Positions 25,296 through 38,403 of a stretch of DNA of 64,000 bases are shown piece after piece. Positions within the stretch are counted from its first letter, which is position 1. Each line of letters opens with the position of its first letter. The notes under the pieces are model-generated. The model worked only from the letters and a program-made list of their open reading frames with translations, was not told the DNA's origin and did no database searches. The stretch is from contig JAQGDQ010000393.1 of assembly GCA_030141605.1 (NCBI GenBank), positions 62,001-126,000 on the forward strand, read 5' to 3'. A program made the position numbers and the translations under genes. The DNA is from Tubiluchus corallicola (taxonomy: Eukaryota > Animalia > Priapulida).

Positions 25296-25946
25296 CTAAA
25301 ACAGGAAAATAAATACACTTTAATTAACACAAAACAGGTTCATATTAGTGAACATACAACTTTTCCACATGAAAAAGTCTGTAGATAGTCTCACTTGGGG
25401 TTCTGTCTGTTCGTCCATTAAATGACCTTCTCTGTTCTATCTGTAATAGGCTTCTTCTGAACCGACCTCCACAACCTGTATTAGGGTGTGGAAAATAAAT
25501 TTACTTTAGGCTGTGGAAAATAAATTTAATTTAATAAATTTACTTTAGACAAAATAAAAGCGTCAAAATGTTAGTGTATTTTTGCGGCACAATGCCTGCG
25601 AGTTATTTAATAGAGAGTCGAAAATTAAATTTTGTGAGAAAATTGCAAAGTCCTGCGCATTAAGAATTCCAAAGCCATGCTATGTAAATAACAGTCAAGT
25701 AAAGTAAAGATTAAAATATGGCTGTACTGTAGACCTAAACGAAAATGTAAAGTTAAAGGTAAGAAACTCATTTAAAGATTATGTTTTAAGATACCTGTTA
25801 TAGATCCTTGCATCATTGTGTATTGTAATATAATTACAAGAGTAATGAAATGAGTGGATATTACAAAGTTGAAATCCTGTAGATACGTTACTTTACTAAC
25901 ATCCTGTTGGCTTTGTAAGCTGTATATTTTTATACGAAATAAACTC

Positions 25947-26272
<326 letters not shown>

Positions 26273-26427
26273 ACCACAATCGGCTCAATAATGTACATAA
26301 TATTATAATGCACTTTGCATTGCACAGACTATAACTATAGCATTGTAAAATAGTAAAATTTCACAATTGCAAAATTAGTGATAGTTCATTTCGAAGCAAA
26401 TGCCATGAGTTTTGGGCTCATACTTAC

Positions 26428-26501
26428 ACAAGTTAACAAGCACAGATTTTGTGTTAGTATTCCAAAACCACCTAATATTGCTGTTACGATCATCCACAGT
26501 C
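26428..26501 (-). CDS. Tetraspanin B exon 3 (TM2)
   Basis: atttcag| and |gtaagt; GLWMIVTAILGGFGILTQNLCLLTC; 74 nt phase 1-0. Confidence 0.9.
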
Positions 26502-26532
26502 CTGAAATCATCAAAACAATAATGTCAGAAAG

Positions 26533-26893
26533 AATAAGCCTTTCTCAGTTCCAGTGATTGATGGTGATCGTGGGAAGGTAAAGGTTAAGTGTACCAGACA
26601 GCGCATTTGCATACACTTGGCAACGCCTCGCAGCCCATGTTGTTGTAATAGTAATTAAGAAAAGGGACGAATGCTAGCTATAGAACCTCCCCTTTTTTTT
26701 TATTTTTGTTCCCAAGTAAAATCCTGCACCGGCTAATGGATAATTAAGTAAAGTCCACGATTTTAATGAACTGGGTTTTGCTTTACCCCCATGTCACGTG
26801 ACAGCTGTAGCTAAGACGCATTGCTGTGGTACACTTAACCTTTGACTTACAGCAACTGCGCGTGCGCACTACGAAACTGTGAAAAGGCTTATT
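26533..26893. mobile_element. MITE, copy 2 (reverse of 15201-15583)
   Basis: aataagcctttctcagtt ... aactgtgaaaaggcttatt. Confidence 0.85.
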
Positions 26894-27088
26894 CAGCACA
26901 CTAATTATTGCACCTAGCAGCCACAGGGTGTACTGCTAATGTTAACTAACTGTGACAGGGCCATTATTAGGAGCATTCCTTTGAGATGAGACAGTAAACC
27001 GTTAGGCATCAGGATGCAACATCCTCCTTGAGCGACAGGAGTCGAAAGTAGTATGAGAGTGAAACCATCAAGAAGCATTTGTCTATGC

Positions 27089-27132
27089 GGGTCATCCATC
27101 CCAACTAACTAACCAGGCCTAGCACTGCTTAA
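27089..27132 (-). pseudogene. 5S rRNA-derived fragment (5S pseudogene or SINE3 piece)
   Basis: Minus ttaagcagtgctaggcctggttagttagttgggatggatgacc resembles the 5S internal control region. Confidence 0.6.
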
Positions 27133-27294
27133 GCACATATAAAACGGTCACCCAACTATACATTCCTTTTGCTGCTGTAAGGTTCTGTGACGTAAAATAA
27201 GTCAAGGCAAAACAAGACCGTTAGTGAACATGTATCGTATCATACGGTATAAGGTAGCATAACTCAGGGTCAGGATCAAATAACACAAGTGGCT

Positions 27295-27441
27295 AGGATA
27301 GGACAAGACAGGGCAGGGCAGGACAGGATAGGACAGGACAGGACAGGACAGGACAGGACAGGACAGGACAGGACAGGACAGGACAGGACAGGACAGGACA
27401 GGACAGGACAGGACAGGACAGGACAGGACAGGACAGGTCAG
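27295..27441. repeat. (GGACA)n microsatellite
   Basis: Directly visible. Confidence 0.97.
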
Positions 27442-27687
27442 GCCAAAACAAAAATGAATGAGTAAACAAAGTTGACATAACGTAGGTCTAAAAAGGAATA
27501 AAATAACACAGAACCGGATTTTTCACTTGTTCCGCTATCTAAACAAAGTGAAAAATGCACTTATTATAAGTTACTGTATCAGTTTCTTTGCTGGTCTGCT
27601 TATTCACTACCTATTTGGCTTCTATTAACTACTTAATTAGTGCATAATAAGTTCTGCCTATATAAACAGGTTGTATGTTTGTAAATT

Positions 27688-27730
27688 TACCACTGATGAT
27701 GACAGCAGTAGTTTGTCGAAACGTTTGGCA
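27688..27730 (+). ncRNA. Minimal type I hammerhead ribozyme motif in Penelope-like pseudo-LTR (27575-27735)
   Basis: cca-CUGAUGA-u-GACAG/UUGUC stem II-GAAAC-GUU-ugg; palindromic AACGUU stem III. Confidence 0.65.
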
Positions 27731-27975
27731 TGATTTTAACTTTTTAAGTTTGTAAAGTAAAAGTTTTAGTAAAGTTATGTTGTTTTAACTATAAATGCAT
27801 TTAATTGTCTGTAATAAAAATTACCTTGATCGTTCAAAAACACTTTTGCCAGCACACTTTAAGATTCAAGAATCTTAATCTTAAGTTAAACTGTTGTTGA
27901 ACGTATATAAGTTGTTCAAATATTATTAGATAACGTATATAAAATCACATTTATGTATTAGATATTTCGTTGTAC

Positions 27976-28105
27976 CTAAAGCCATTATCACATACACGCA
28001 GACGAAGTTGCCCAGAACCAGGAAATCATGCCCTAGACCCTTCATTGTATCACCTTGTTCAAAGCGTAGCCACAACGACACACATACCGTAGCTAAACCA
28101 ACAGC
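27976..28105 (-). CDS. Tetraspanin B exon 2
   Basis: ctgatag| and G|gtacaa; AVGLATVCVSLWLRFEQGDTMKGLGHDFLVLGNFVCVYVIMAL(G); 130 nt. Confidence 0.92.
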
Positions 28106-28534
28106 CTATCAGAAAGAATAAAAAGCATAGCATTTAGAGTTGGTAAAAATACTGAAACCATTGTAACCTTTGCCTTTAATTTTTCTATTAAGCAGCTGCA
28201 TTAGTGTTGTATTAGTAATGCATTGAGTAGTGCGACATTATATTACTCTTCTCTAACTATTGACATCACGTGTCAAGTAAATGGAAAAGCTTGCTCGAAA
28301 TGGTTTGGCATTGTTGAAGCCCAAACGTTTATAGCATCAATATTAGCTTTGCGCTAGTGCTGTCGTGAAGTATAATGAAATGAAAATAATTATGGTGTTA
28401 TTTTATGGTTTACCGCTTAAGTGTTGAGTAAAACAGATTCGAGTAGGCTTGATACAGTCATTAGAGTCATTTTTGAAATGTAGTCACTTTTATAATCTTC
28501 AATATTCAAAAGAAATCAGACAATAAGTGCGTAA

Positions 28535-28793
28535 GGGGGAGGGGGAGGGGGAGGGGGAGAGAAGAGAGAGGAGGGTGAGTGAATAAGAGGGAGAGAGAGA
28601 GAGAAAGAGAGAGGAGAGTGAGTGTATGAGATGGAAGAGAGAGAGAGAAAGAGAGAAGGAGAGAGAGAAAGAGAGCGAGAGGAAAGTGAGTGCATGAGAG
28701 GGAAGAGAGAGAGAAAGAGATAAGGAAAGAGAGCGAGAGGAGAGTGAGTGAATGAGAGGGAGGGAGAGAAGGAGGGAGGGAGAGAGAGAGAAA

Positions 28794-28836
<43 letters not shown>

Positions 28837-28837
28837 G

Positions 28838-28869
<32 letters not shown>
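28535..28869. repeat. GA-rich microsatellite
   Basis: Directly visible. Confidence 0.93.
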
Positions 28870-29398
28870 TGCAAAACCAGTTAGCGTGTTACATAATTCC
28901 CGGTAAACATCAATCACGAAATCTCTGAACCGCGGCAAGGTGTTACCATAACAACGCGTAATGATGAAGATGTATCCGCAAGTTGTAAAAAATAGAGCTG
29001 TAATCGATACTTTTGTTTTGTAACAGTTAATGCTTTGTTACTGAATCGGGGACGAACATATAATAGCCTGACCACAACCGTTTCTTGCTGAACATAAAAC
29101 AAAACTCTTTGTTTTGCTATATTGATGCTTATTCCATACATCGCATTGATGAAGATAAATAAAATAAAAGTAATTTTCAAGTTTCTAAATGTTTTGGTTA
29201 AATGACATACAAGAACAACGTATGTGGTTAAGTTAGTTCATTATTATATTTTGTTGTGTTTCTTGAAAATGGCAAATGCATATATTACTAATATAAAATT
29301 TCTTTGACGGACATTCGGTCCACCCACCATACAATCTGTCAGTTTCGAAATTACTTGAATGAAACATTATAAAAGTGAGAATCTTTACATAAACTCAC

Positions 29399-29464
29399 CA
29401 AGAAAATTAGGCAAAATGTCAAACATGGAATCCTGAGTAGCGTTTTGCAGTCTCTTAATGTCAT
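29399..29464 (-). CDS. Tetraspanin B exon 1
   Basis: acaATG, MTLRDCKTLLRIPCLTFCLIFL|gtgagt; 66 nt; the eight exons sum to 816 nt = 271 aa + stop. Confidence 0.8.
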
Positions 29465-31936
29465 TGTTAATGAACGCAGGCGGACGTTGCTGTGTATATA
29501 TAAAGAGGAGAAAACGTATCTGAGACCACGAGGTGTTTTCAAACTGAAAAATTTTCTAACATGAACTAACTTGACACTTCATAGAACTCAACCTGACGAT
29601 TTTACCGGAAGTTGTTCACATCTAGAGCTTCCAGAGTTCTGTGGCTGGTGATTTGGCATAGCGTAAAACTCAATTCTTTCCTGTTTTGCTGCAACTATTT
29701 CAACCAAATACATTTGGAAAATTATTCACTTCACTAACAAAAAACCGACGCCTTGGAGATTACCAATTAACCTATGACAATGCGTTATTATAATCGTCAT
29801 CACAACAATCTCGAATCCCAGAACTGCAGCGTGTTGTCGCTATTGAATCCTAGTTCCAGTACGCACGCTGTCAGGGACTAGACGCATCAATAAAATGGTT
29901 TGCAAATCATTCTGTTTCCACGCATTTTAAAAATACACCTATTTACGCAATTTACTGAATCGGGTTTAGTCTGGCTTGAGTCTTCCTGTATTTTCAAAAA
30001 GAAAAAGTTAAAAGCTAAAACACTTTTAGTGAATCGTACTATTGTTTACTGGCAGTAATCCACAAAAAAAACTGTGAATTTCCGACCGCAAAAACCATGA
30101 ATGTACAATGACAAGTTTTTAGATAAAAAGTTGTATTGACAAAGAAACTATAACTGAGAAAATGGAATCAACCGAAAGAAAACAAAAGTAAATGATCGTA
30201 TGTCATTTAGGGAATTCTGCATCAAAGCAGCTGGCACTTAAAGATGTTGGCTCTTCTTTCCTGTGCTATTTGTATCTGTGTTATTTTTACCGTTGCCTTT
30301 TATGTAGTTTTTCCTAAATTCCTTACATGCACTTGTGTGACTAAATACAGTCTGGTAATAAGTCATGTGTTTTATGAGTTAAAATAAGTTTGCCAAAAGT
30401 TCAATTTATGCTGTAGATGAAATGTCTGATTAATAGCCATCTGCCTCGTATAAATGACGTTTAGATGTTCTAACAAATAAAACGTTTATTACCAAAAACA
30501 GATATGATTTACAAATGACTGACAATAATTGTAGAACACAAGAGAACTACGGAAACACTATTAACTTGTTGTAACAAGTTATTCTATAAGGTTTTTAATG
30601 CAAAATGGCACTGAGCTGCAAGTCAGAATGCAACTGTCCAGTAGGGGCAATTTAATAAAGATGTCTCTATCAGTAAAAGAATATAGCTTGTTATTAAAGA
30701 TACCCTTTAAAATGAGACACTGAACAACCGGATATATTATAGCCATCCTTAGATGAGTATGCCTATATCTTCTTCTTGGGAGAGATAAACAGCGGAGGAT
30801 ATGAATAAGCTCTTAAGCACTTTTCTTGTCAGTCACTTATCTATTTACTGATTAGGTTTACTATTGTTTAACTTCAGGGGTTAAGCACACACCGGTGCCA
30901 ATCAGCTATTCCTTAATGTGAATCAGAATTACAGTCCTTTGAAGCACTATTGATGCAAGGACATTTAAAATACAATGATACAACTTTTTAGCTGCAGGTT
31001 TTTCTTTCGTTTGTTTACCAGTCGTTGTAATAAACAAAATATAAAGAGAAACTGGCTTTTCACGTGTTATTTCACAATCTAGCACGTCTGTGGTACACTA
31101 ATTATACACATGTTTAATACTCTAATCGCATCAGTATGGAACTCATCATAAACTAGTAAATAAATAAGTCAAGGCTTTCAATTTGTTATTACTGAGTGTC
31201 CTGCTACTAGTAACAATGAACATAATGTTACTGTCACATTATTAGACATAAAAATCTAGTTTAATAACAACTGTGTAATAAATAATAATTATATTAAGTA
31301 TTTGTATTTTCATAATAAAATAAGAAATCATTACAAAACTTTAATAAATACGTATACGGATAGATAAGTACTGTACAAATAAGTTAGATGATAATGTTTA
31401 ATAGAAAATTTTGCTTATCATGGTTCCAAAAGGTTGATATATTAAACAACAGATGTCGCAGCAACACAGTGTTTCTTCTACACACTCAGATTCAGGGGCC
31501 TAGACTATTTTAAAAGTTAATATGTTTACCTAATGCAAATCATATTACTAAATTTACAGACAAATGGCACAAGCATATTTACAGCTTATTTTGCATTATA
31601 TACATTTAAACTTATTAGTGCCTCAAGACACAGCACAGTGCTTAGAGTTTCTTGTCCGTAATGACATCTATTTCATAGCAGCAGTTTACACTGACGGAAA
31701 TGTGGCGCCATCTGGCAATCGTATTTGGTAATTTTTCTACTTAAATAATGAACTTTAATGACTCTGTTCCTGATTTAACCTCGATTGGAAAATGTCTGCT
31801 ATAATTTTAATTTTACAGATGCCCTTAATAGATACATCGCTTGAATAGTCTTTTCATTTTTTCCATCTTCAATGCTTCGGCGCTATAAAACTCATCGTGT
31901 ACCAAGCGTCTTCTTCCACATGAGTTGTGAGTTATT

Positions 31937-32035
31937 TTAATATTTGTATGTGTAGGCGGAGTCATCGTTGGCAAGTTCGTAGCCGTCTTTTCTTATACTG
32001 CAGCAGAGCACAATTGCTAGAGTCATGCCTAGAAA
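31937..32035 (-). CDS. Tetraspanin A last exon
   Basis: cttcag|; FLGMTLAIVLCCSIRKDGYELANDDSAYTYKY*; 99 nt. Confidence 0.93.
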   Translation of the reverse strand, partial: FLGMTLAIVLCCSIRKDGYELANDDSAYTYKY

Positions 32036-32769
32036 CTGAAGAAAAGTAATTAATATTAAATGAAGAATAATCTTTTCGAAAGAACGTTCATGTTTTGAAG
32101 CCAAAAGAGTTACAGTGCTTTATTATAGTTTGTGATATAAAAAATCAAAAATTAGTGTTATATCTTTGATATGAGCATCTTAACGTGACCACATTTAGTT
32201 TAAACAATATTTTATCTGAAGAAAACATTGCAATGACATATTCATTAATAATAAATAACACTGATAATTACTAATAAACACAAACGTCAAATACTCAAAT
32301 ACAAAGTGACTCAAACACAGACAGGCGAACAGGAAAGACCTAGATTAAAGCTTTCAGGGCATAAATGTATCAATTAAACGAATTCTCTAGGTAGACGAGC
32401 AGGAAAAATATTAGTTTATTCAGTTAAAAATGAAACAAAAATAGATATGTAATTTGTTCTTAAGTGAGTGAATGAAGGATGGGACAATGTAGTTATAATT
32501 TACTCAATGTTGATGTAAGAATAGAATGAATGAAGGAGAGACTAATGAAGAAAGTTTAACATGAAATGGTGATCACGGGAACACAAGATTATAAATAATT
32601 TGCTCTTGTAAGATAGGATTCAAAAAGTTTAATAGAAAAAATTTGTCTTGTTGATGAAAGCATCCCATGTTTGAACGTAATGACGACAGATACTATAGAA
32701 TCAGGAGAAAGTGAGGTATCACCACATATTAGCATTTGGATACTATTCTGAGTGAGTGCGTTTAAAGGA

Positions 32770-32870
32770 AAAATACACTTGGTACGAATGTATCAGTAAA
32801 GCGGGCAGTAGAGTAGAAAATGATTAGGATCTTCATAGGGTGCACCACAAAAATACTGTGGAGGAGGCAA
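32770..32870 (-). mobile_element. LINE ORF2 C-terminal zinc-knuckle remnant
   Basis: CGAPYEDPNHFLLYCPLY*YIR fits CG..E...HFLL.CP.Y...R. Confidence 0.65.
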
Positions 32871-34150
32871 TAAAATTAGAATACGTGTGCTTTCAATAAA
32901 CTGCAATTCATTCTTATCCTATCTAATCACATCTAAAAGGATGAAACGTTCGCCTCTTTAAATACAAGATTTTATCTTGGTGAGCAAGAGTTTCATGTTA
33001 ATTAAGATGTAATTATAGCCTAATATTAAGGCTTGCTAATGTAGAGAGTTAAGTGATTCCTTATTAGGGATGCTCTTAATTTGGGCGTCGACTAATGACG
33101 CACAATTTGTAGTAGTTTAGTTATTAGTCTTGTTAAGGCTTTTGTCAGAGATGCACACAAGCAACATTTGTTAATGAAATGTTTAGTTACTATGCTACTT
33201 ATACCTGAGCCACATGCTAACGAATGCATATTATACACAATAATGTGAAATTGCATAACTATAAGCTTAAATATTACATCACAATCAGTATTCTCTGACT
33301 ATATGCACACAAATACGGTTGTATTAATGAGCTAGATGTGTTAGCGTATTAGTGTATAGTTAATTCCTTAATAATTTATTGAACACAGCTTTTGTTTCAC
33401 GCTCGAGATGCAAATCTTAGCACATCAATGGGTCTTAGTTTGAGAATTTTGTGGATATTAATTGATTTTCTTCAGACAATAGGAAAAGATAATCAGTCCT
33501 TTCAATCAGACAAAAACTTTATGTATTAGTAATTAAGATGCAGCAGCAGCAGTTCCTCAACAGGCCTCAACATTTCTCACTTTTTAGCAACTGGACGAGG
33601 AAAATGAAAGCGTTTTTAACAATCTCTGGGGTCATCCTAGTGTTATCAGTTAGTATGCTCATTCGGTGTTAATAGTTACGCTGACTCACTAACAGCAAAT
33701 GCATAAATTTAGCGACAGGTCTTACTAGAATGAAGAGAACACCACTGTTTAGTAGTAATATTTCTCACGCTGCTTTTCTTGTGATATTACCAAAATCAGG
33801 ATCACTGTCAGAATAGCTCCTAGGAACTGCGAAAAGTAAACCACAGTATGATCATTTACCGATTGCTAGTCAGTAAACTGTAATATCTAATTCTTAGACA
33901 GTCTTAATTCACTTTAAGTTTTTAGTGTTTATTTTATAACGGAGTATAGACTAGAATTAATATTTAAATTCTTTAAAACGATTATGATTTTTCTTCACCA
34001 GGGTTCCACAGGGAGAACTTTCTCTTTGAAAAATCGTTTTGTTATGCTCACCTTTCTTGAATCTTAGTTCTAATCTTACAACTCTGAGATGAACGCTTTA
34101 AATTCTCCTTAATCAAAACTGCAGTAGATATTACAAATAGAAACATATAC

Positions 34151-34234
34151 CTGCGCAATCGCAATACCAACACCTATCCCAACTACAATGTCTATGTTGT
34201 TCCGAAAAAATGTTCCAAGTTTTTCACTGCAGCC
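34151..34234 (-). CDS. Tetraspanin A exon 7
   Basis: atttacag| and |gtatat; GCSEKLGTFFRNNIDIVVGIGVGIAIAQ; 84 nt. Confidence 0.93.
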
Positions 34235-34471
34235 CTGTAAATAAATATTTGGTGATTTAGAGACGACATCAATTCTGCGCGAAGTAAAACGCTTTAATAG
34301 TGTTGTTTGTTCAATAGTTCGTCATACTAGTACCAAAAATATACTACCTATACTTTGAACAATCTAGTCTGACAGGAAAACTTTTCATAAATAAAACTTA
34401 AAATTCGTTTTGAAATTTTATATCACTGACTTGCTTTCTTATTGCTTACAGAGCTTGTGTTAGTATAACAT

Positions 34472-34512
<41 letters not shown>

Positions 34513-34514
34513 CT

Positions 34515-34868
34515 GTATAAAACTTGTAAATTTTAACTCGCGACGACGGTCATAGGCACAGCTATTTTAGCGGAAACTCATTTGAAATAAGTTTAAATAA
34601 CATTGCGTCTTCACTAACTAAGCAAAAGTGTGAAATACTTTATATTGTTAATAAGGTCAATCATGTGGCTCTTGGTGAAACACAGGTGCACACTGGGAAG
34701 GCATTGTAGTGCTGCTTTACCACCTGGTGCGAATATTTTAAATTATTAAGAATTTTTTCCAGTGACAAAAGTCTTTCAAACAGGTAAGCATAATGCTAAG
34801 CTATAACATAACTTTGTATGGAAAGTTGTTTGAGATATTCTTTAGAGTTCCCTTTTCTTCTCGTTTAA
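34515..34868 (+). repeat. Intronic repeat family, copy 1 of 3 (also about 36655-37040 and 40690-40928)
   Basis: Shared tataaaacttgtaaattt, gcgaat.ttttaaattat, ctttcaa and cttttcttc blocks. Confidence 0.75.
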
Positions 34869-34938
34869 AAACGAGTGTTAAATATTTACACCAGCAACTG
34901 AGGTCTGTTAAGCTTGTCAGACATTAAAATAAACTCAC

Positions 34939-35139
34939 CATTTTATAGATATCTGGCTTTATTACAGCCTCAAAATTTCCACAGTTTTCTCCCATTGTTA
35001 CTAAACTGGCTTCTGTGCAGCAAGACGTTGGCACCTTTTTCAGTGTACTTTCTTCCACACCAATGTCTTGCGTGTCCTTTTGGGTTGACCAATGGCTTCT
35101 TGACCAGTCATCGACACTCTCCGCTCCACAACATTGTAA
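34939..35139 (-). CDS. Tetraspanin A exon 6 (EC2: CCG, PTSCC)
   Basis: actaactgttatag| and |gtgagt; LQCCGAESVDDW..KVPTSCC..NCGNF..DIYKM; 201 nt. Confidence 0.95.
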
Positions 35140-35376
35140 CTATAACAGTTAGTAGACGAATAGACTGGTTCTTCGGCTTGATCCAGTACATTAGTTTTTA
35201 CGATATACAACTTTACATATAGTTTTGAATTTATCCGATATTCATAAATCCTTGTACGGTGCTACATTGAAGTGAGAGATGTAATATGAATTAAATTTTC
35301 CAAAAAATTAAGTAAAATCAAAAAACATGTTTGGTTATAATTTTAAATACAAACAAATTGATCATAACAAGTAAAC

Positions 35377-35793
35377 CAGGGGTGTGCAAACTGCGGCCCG
35401 CCGAGAGATCTTGTGCGGCCCGCGAAGAGGTTTGTCAACGTAATGAAAGTGCGGCCCACGCGATCCAGCTGAAGTCTGCACCAATATCGCAAAGATAGTG
35501 CGGGTAGCTTTTTTCCTCTAGATCGGATGGCATTAACCCTTACAAGACCGTTGTCACTTAATGTCACTGTCAGACATGACGAAATATATGATTTTTAATA
35601 TAAATTTTAATAACTTCTAAAATAGTTTCTTGAGTGTAGTAGTGCAGTAGTAATGATGTGCGCAAATCGGTTGCAAAAAAAATCGTTATTAGGTCCTACT
35701 GTACTTGGCTCCTTGACCAAACTGCATGTGGCCCACAGGAATTGCGAGAATGTTTAATGTGGCCCGGCTAGTCAGATAATTTGCACACCCCTG
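35377..35793. mobile_element. hAT (Charlie/Buster-type) MITE
   Basis: TIR CAGGGGTGTGCAAA/TTTGCACACCCCTG, 8-bp TSD aagtaaac/aggtaaac, repeated gcggccc. Confidence 0.93.
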
Positions 35794-36286
35794 AGGTAAA
35801 CTGTCACACAGCTTGCTACTTTTACTCACGCTTTCTTACAACGTCACCCATAAGAAGCTTTTATGGAAGGAAATATTTGGTAGAAACCCGACGGGATGGG
35901 AGCAAATAATTTCCCATGGACAATGATAGTGCAAAATTGAAACTATTGTAATTTGTCTCAACAATAATTTCATCAATTCGAGGTTTAAGAATATGTAGCT
36001 CTTAGTTTACCAACTGTACTTAAAATAGTGTAATTTTTCATTGCACTGCATTTAATTTCAATTTCGTTTTTGTATTTTACATGTTTTTAAATACCAAAGT
36101 AAATTATTGAATTGAACTGAATTGAACTGGCTGCCTGGGCATCCAGTACCAACTGACTGCCAAGCTGGCTCATTGACTATTGGCTAACTGACTCTGCTTG
36201 ACTGCAGGGGTGACTGACCGACTGACTGACCAACTGAGTAACCGTCTAATCATATTTCCATTTCACAGCAATGTACCAAAACTTAC

Positions 36287-36385
36287 CGTCTTCTGAATAT
36301 GATTAATGGCTTTGGTTTGTATTGGTTCTAATCCATATTCTTTTTTCACAGATTTTTGTAAAGCTGTCCGAGCAAATTTTGATAA
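36287..36385 (-). CDS. Tetraspanin A exon 5
   Basis: tttcag| and |gtaagt; LSKFARTALQKSVKKEYGLEPIQTKAINHIQKT; 99 nt. Confidence 0.93.
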
Positions 36386-37053
36386 CTGAAAAACACCAAA
36401 CAATTAGTAGTAGTAATAAGGTGATGATAAAATGACTATTTTCAACGCACTGTTGTTTTATTTGGATTTACAGAAATAATCTTTATGCTATAAGTAAAGT
36501 CTATAATTTGTGCTTTATTTAAGCCAATGTGAAAGACTTGATTTTGCTTATCAAATTTCACACTTAAAGTACCCGAAAACACTCTTCATAAATAAAGCTT
36601 AAAAAATTCGTCTTGAAATGTTGTATCACTTACATACTTGAGTTGCACTAACTCTTTATAAAACTTGTAAATTTAAACTCCCCCCCCCCCCCATGATCGT
36701 TAGATGTAGCCATTTTGACGGTAAGATGTTTGAAATAAGTGCAGATAACATCGTTTAAAGTACAAAAAAATAATCAGAGGATTCGTAGCACACTCTTCGC
36801 TAACCAAGCAAAAGTCTGAATTACTTTAAATTGTCAATAGGATCAATAATAATCACGTTTTTGGAGAATCAGTGGCGCACCCTGGGCTGCCGATGCTGTG
36901 ACGTTTTACCTGTGGCGCGAATGTTTTAAATTATTAAGAATTTTCTTTTACAGTTACACAAGTCTTTCAATGCTAAGTAATACAACTTTGGACGGAATTT
37001 TTTTTGGGATACATTTTAAAATCCCCTTTTCTTCCCGTTTACGTTCAACTCAC

Positions 37054-37128
37054 CTCATCTCTATTTTGGTAAGCATAAATGCCACCACCAATCTCTGCCG
37101 CAAATAATACAACCAGTAGTATAAAAAA
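37054..37128 (-). CDS. Tetraspanin A exon 4 (TM3)
   Basis: gtttcag| and |gtgagt; FFILLVVLFAAEIGGGIYAYQNRDE; 75 nt. Confidence 0.94.
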
Positions 37129-37704
37129 CTGAAACAAAAATACAAGCATTAAACTGTATCCTTCATAAATAATGCACCTCTGATGTTATTATAAAGTTTT
37201 GAAATTGGGTCTGATGTCTAGTACGTATGTACGCCAGTTACAACTAGAGCACCTTAGCAACTACTTAATGTATTACTGCGCCAGGTGTGCCCAGAACAGT
37301 TGTGTTCTGTTTTAATTAGTATGATTAATAAACTGTCCTCCTCACGTTCATCTGATGTGAAATGTTTAGACAGTGTGACCAGATAAGCAACAATTTTTAT
37401 TCTCTGACAGGGAGACTCGTTTTTCATTACTGTTACGAAGAAAACTCATTCAGTGTAAACTTCGTTATTCCAAATTGACAGTAATAAATAAAAATGTATG
37501 CTTTATTAAAATAGCTTCAAAGGCTCCTCTTTCTGTGACCGAGGAGTGAACTCTCTTCAAAATTACATAAAATTCTAAATTACATTCTTCAGCAAACAGT
37601 ACCTACATAGTAAAAATGTACCAATTAAAAGAATCACACATTGTGATTTCACAAAAGAGAATAACTCATTACAACATGTAGAAAAATTTATAGCAGACAG
37701 CATA

Positions 37705-38155
37705 GGACTGAATTTGTAGAGAGCTTGAAATATTTTAAGCAGAAGTTAATGTAGACTGTTGTAGACTGGTTCACTCTGGTGGTTGAAACAAAACTATGAA
37801 ATTCTGTTGAACTGTGAAAGACTATTTCTATTTACACATATTATACTATTATTTACAGGAAAGAACACCCATGGTGAACAGTCAACAGCAATGTTCAAGA
37901 AAGGAAAAGAGCACAAGCTGGCCTTGGCAGAGCTACTCAAGTGACATGTACATACTGGGCTTACATGATTGGCTAGTAAAACACACTAGCAATCTAACTA
38001 CTATATATGAGAAGCCCGACAGGTACAGGTGACTGAGCAGCACTGACCAAGCCCACAACCTGGATTAAACTAGAGTCCAATAATAAATAATTTTAAATGT
38101 AGGTGGCAGCACATGTCAACTTGTTTTTGAATTAAATTAAGAATCGCAAATGAAA
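37705..38155 (+). repeat. Dispersed repeat, copy 2 (homologue of 22100-22558)
   Basis: Colinear similarity by eye. Confidence 0.85.
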
Positions 38156-38329
38156 TGTTCGACAGAACATTTCATATAGGCAAAAAATTACTACAAAAAT
38201 TATTTCTTTACGAAAACATTAATAAATTGCGTTGCACTCAAGTTTTCTATTTTTCTACATTCACTAGTTTTTCTTTTTTCGTCGAAGAGCAAAGGAGCAA
38301 AATTTCAAAAACAGCACTGATGTACTTAC

Positions 38330-38403
38330 TGTAACCAGAAAGCACTGGCTTTCTCTTATAGCTCCATAGCAACCTATAAATCCCAGCAACGTCATCAATC
38401 CAC
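38330..38403 (-). CDS. Tetraspanin A exon 3 (TM2, GCxGA.RE motif)
   Basis: tttttag| and |gtaagt; GGLMTLLGFIGCYGAIRESQCFLVT; 74 nt. Confidence 0.95.

Noticed and set aside
25395-25475. GCGGRFRRS read as a neuropeptide or insulin-like precursor
   Set aside because: Out of phase with the host gene, and no supporting signal-peptide or A-chain exons.
29494-29504. TATA-like run upstream of tetraspanin B ATG
   Set aside because: Common in AT-rich DNA and would leave almost no 5' UTR; unsupported without TSS data.
35230-35272. LQCSTVQG as a mutated tetraspanin CCG exon
   Set aside because: No acceptor; the true LQCCG exon starts at 35139.
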